DNA from: Pseudomonadota bacterium
GTDB lineage: Bacteria; Pseudomonadota; Gammaproteobacteria; Arenicellales; UBA868
Direction of reading: 5' to 3'
NCBI GenBank assembly: GCA_018672825.1
Contig: JABHUE010000096.1
Span: 28,890-92,889, forward strand
DNA: 64,000 nt
The notes beneath the pieces are model-generated. The model searched no databases. It was not told where the DNA came from and saw only the letters and a program-made list of their open reading frames with translations. The position numbers and the translations under genes are program-made. Each line of letters begins with the position of its first letter. Positions within the stretch are counted from its first letter, which is position 1. Positions 61,393 to 64,000 of the stretch are shown one piece after another.

Positions 61393-62417
61393 GTCGCAAT
61401 ACGCTCCAGCGGCTCGAGGTCAGCCAGACTCCAGCGGGGTCGAACCGTGAAATCAAGGCCCTGACGATTTCCGCCTTGAAGTCGAAGCGTGCCGGCATAT
61501 GCAATCATCGCGCCATTGTCCGTGCAGAACTCGGAGCGAGGATAAAAAACTTTTTTACCCTCAGACTCCGTCATCTCTTTTAATCTTGATCGAAGCAGCA
61601 GATTCGCGCCCACGCCTCCGGCCACAATCAGACGGCGGCGACCTGTTTGATGAAGCGCCCTTTTGCACTTGATCACCAACGTATCGACTGCAGCTTCCTG
61701 AAAAGCAGCGGCGATATCCGCAACCGTCTGTGAATCGATCTCACCGTGAGGAACTGTATTTCGGGTAAACGTCTTTAACCCGCTAAAACTAAAATCGAGC
61801 CCGGGTCGATCCGTCATCGGTCGCGGGAACTTCCATCGACCCGATCGACCTGTTTCAGCCGCTTTTGCGATTGAGGGCCCACCGGGATAACTGAGGCCAA
61901 GCAGTTTTGCGGTTTTATCAAATGCTTCGCCCACCGCATCGTCAACGGTGCCACCCAAAAGTGAGTAACGTCCAATATCGACGACATCAACTAATAACGT
62001 GTGGCCTCCGGATACCAATAACGCGATAAATGGGAATGACGGCGGTGTGTCTTCAAGCATAGGGGCAAGTAGATGGCCTTCCATATGATGAACACCAACT
62101 GCCGGCACCTGCCACGCCCACGCAAGCGCGCGTCCAAGCGATGCACCTACCAACAATGCGCCTGACAACCCAGGTCCTGCCGTATAAGCCACGCCATCGA
62201 TCTGCTCATCCGAAGTGTCAGCAACTTCCATCGTTTTCCTCACCAACGGCTGCAGCAACTTGACGTGATCGCGAGCGGCCAACTCCGGAACAACACCACC
62301 ATAGAGCGCGTGCAGCTCAACTTGAGACGCTAAACAATGGGCCAACAGCCCACAATCGGTATCGTAGATTGCAACACCCGTATCATCACAGGAAGTTTCT
62401 ATTCCGAGAACTTTCAT
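61389..62417 (-). CDS. tsaD: tRNA N6-threonylcarbamoyladenosine transferase
   Basis: [34 protein letters not shown]. Confidence 0.97.
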   Translation of the reverse strand: MKVLGIETSCDDTGVAIYDTDCGLLAHCLASQVELHALYGGVVPELAARDHVKLLQPLVRKTMEVADTSDEQIDGVAYTAGPGLSGALLVGASLGRALAWAWQVPAVGVHHMEGHLLAPMLEDTPPSFPFIALLVSGGHTLLVDVVDIGRYSLLGGTVDDAVGEAFDKTAKLLGLSYPGGPSIAKAAETGRSGRWKFPRPMTDRPGLDFSFSGLKTFTRNTVPHGEIDSQTVADIAAAFQEAAVDTLVIKCKRALHQTGRRRLIVAGGVGANLLLRSRLKEMTESEGKKVFYPRSEFCTDNGAMIAYAGTLRLQGGNRQGLDFTVRPRWSLADLEPLERIAT

Positions 62418-62645
62418 ATCGAGCCTGGGTTGGAATCCGAGTCCTCGCGGGGTAATGGGAAGAAATTCGGCTTAATTATAGATTCTTAAGAAATCAAGCG
62501 GCGTGCTTTCCCCCCCTAAAATATCCGACTCACCTCAATTTCTCAGCTAAATCAATCCAATTGAGTCGAATTTCGCGAGGCGTGTACTTTCTGACCGCAA
62601 AACATTAGACTACCCGACCCTTTTGATTAATTTAGTTTCAGATTT

Positions 62646-62861
62646 ATGCCATCAGTAAAAGTTCGACCCGATGAGCCGTTTGACGCCGTGTTGCGTCGTT
62701 TTCGCCGCGCCTGCGAGAAAGCCGGTGTTTTCACCGAATCGCGAAGCCGTGAGTCTTATGAAAAGCCAACTACCGTCAAAAAGCGTGCTGGCGCAGCGGC
62801 AGAGAAACGAGAAAAGAAACGTCTCGCAAGACAAAATCCTTCGCGAATGAGGGCTCACTGA
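62646..62861 (+). CDS. rpsU: 30S ribosomal protein S21
   Basis: [26 protein letters not shown]. Confidence 0.95.
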   Translation: MPSVKVRPDEPFDAVLRRFRRACEKAGVFTESRSRESYEKPTTVKKRAGAAAEKREKKRLARQNPSRMRAH

Positions 62862-62904
62862 AGTCCCTGACCTCGCCGCCGCAACGCTTGCGGCCCTTAA
62901 GATC

Positions 62905-63354
62905 GTGAATCCCCTCAAAGATCGCATCGTTTCTGATATGAAGGACGCGATGCGTGCGAAAGATGCCGTCCGTCTCGAGTCCATAAGATTATTGCGGGCT
63001 GCGATCCAACGTCGTGAAGTCGATGAACGCGTCGACCTGAATGATCAGGATGTTGTCTCTGTCGTTCAAAAAATGGTCAAACAAGGTAAGGACTCGATTG
63101 CTCTTTTTGAGCAAGGCGGACGAGAGGACCTGGTTCAAAAAGAGGCTGCTACTCTCGCAGTTCTCGAAACTTATCTTCCCGAACAACTTGATGAGGAAGC
63201 GCTCCTGATCCTTATCGAAAAAGCGATGTCCGAATCTGGCGCCCAAACCGTGCGTGATATGGGAAAGGTAATGAGCCTGCTAAAACCGCAAGTCCAAGGG
63301 CAAGCTGACATGGGTGTTGTTAGTGGCTTGATCAAACAAAAACTATCCAACTAG
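62905..63354 (+). CDS. GatB/YqeY domain protein
   Basis: DMKDAMRAKD, LETYLPEQL, DMGKVM. Follows rpsU. Confidence 0.92.
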   Translation: MNPLKDRIVSDMKDAMRAKDAVRLESIRLLRAAIQRREVDERVDLNDQDVVSVVQKMVKQGKDSIALFEQGGREDLVQKEAATLAVLETYLPEQLDEEALLILIEKAMSESGAQTVRDMGKVMSLLKPQVQGQADMGVVSGLIKQKLSN

Positions 63355-63374
63355 TTTTGAGCCTGTCAAAAACC

Positions 63375-64000
63375 TCAGACACGCCGGAAACGAAACACGG
63401 CGTAGAGCATCGCACTTAAAACCAAAATCGCCATCGCCTGATGGACCGCCGCCAAGACAACCGGCACATGAAACAAAAGCGTCGTTATTCCCAGCGTCAC
63501 TTGACCGACCACCGCGAGCCCTAAAAATACTGCGATCAATCGTTGAGCCTGAAATTTCGGGTGTCTCAAAACGCGAAAAACAAAAATCAACGTGAGCAAT
63601 AAAGTCGTAATCGCGAGAAGACGATGATTGAACTGCACCGTAGGAATGTTTTCAAAGAAATTTCGCCAAGCCGGTGTCAGCACAACATAACCAGGCGGAA
63701 TCAACTTCCCCGCCATTAGCGGAAATGTATTAAAGGCGTGACCGGCTTTCAATCCGGCCACAAAACCGCCTGAAAGCACCGTAACGGACGACAGAATACC
63801 AAGCCCGATAACCGCCCGCCTAAAAACAGGCGAAACGATCTGCGGGGGCTGTCGTTCCAACAACGCGAATACCACCCACAACATATAAAGAAACACGAGA
63901 ATAGCGGTACCCAAATGCGCTGTAAGTCGATACTGACTCACATCCGGATTATCAACCAGCCCACTTTTGACCATATACCATCCAAGCAATCCCTGAAGCC
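63375..64000 (-). CDS. ctaA: Heme A synthase, Cox15 (type 2) class. 5'-truncated by the window edge.
   Basis: Frame open to 64000 (LQGLLGWYMVKSGL), VSQYRLTAHL, FVAGLKAG, VQFNHR, HQA. Confidence 0.9.
   Translation of the reverse strand, partial: LQGLLGWYMVKSGLVDNPDVSQYRLTAHLGTAILVFLYMLWVVFALLERQPPQIVSPVFRRAVIGLGILSSVTVLSGGFVAGLKAGHAFNTFPLMAGKLIPPGYVVLTPAWRNFFENIPTVQFNHRLLAITTLLLTLIFVFRVLRHPKFQAQRLIAVFLGLAVVGQVTLGITTLLFHVPVVLAAVHQAMAILVLSAMLYAVFRFRRV

Overview
This is about 64 kb of a gammaproteobacterial chromosome, judged from the SecA, Tol-Pal, PilBCD and RuvABC sequences and gene order. It is roughly 50% GC, densely coding and mostly housekeeping. It contains ftsY-rsmD-coaD, a LiuR/icmF divergon, purB-pyrD, an aa3-type cytochrome c oxidase cluster, bioC-comF-pilA/pilBCD-coaE, mutT-argJ-secA-dciA, tol-pal, ruvCAB-yebC-nudB-aspS, ampG-xth-pyrE, cca, uppP, folate genes, plsY-tsaD-rpsU-yqeY and a partial heme A synthase. 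I saw no rRNA, tRNA, CRISPR array, transposase, integrase or phage gene. The unexplained signal is mostly non-coding. The best candidate for an undescribed system is an ~80-nt orphan transcription unit at 4563-4678. It has a sigma70 promoter, a PhaR-like palindrome, an anti-Shine-Dalgarno CCUCCUCCU tract and an intrinsic terminator, an architecture like alphaproteobacterial MmgR/suhB sRNAs. Other points of interest are a perfect CIRCE operator at the left edge, a LiuR operator over two divergent promoters, a 34-aa unannotated membrane protein in the cox operon, and a coaE with no canonical start that is in frame with pilD. Several genes (argJ, cox15) look alphaproteobacterial. All family assignments come from motif recognition and memory, not database searches.
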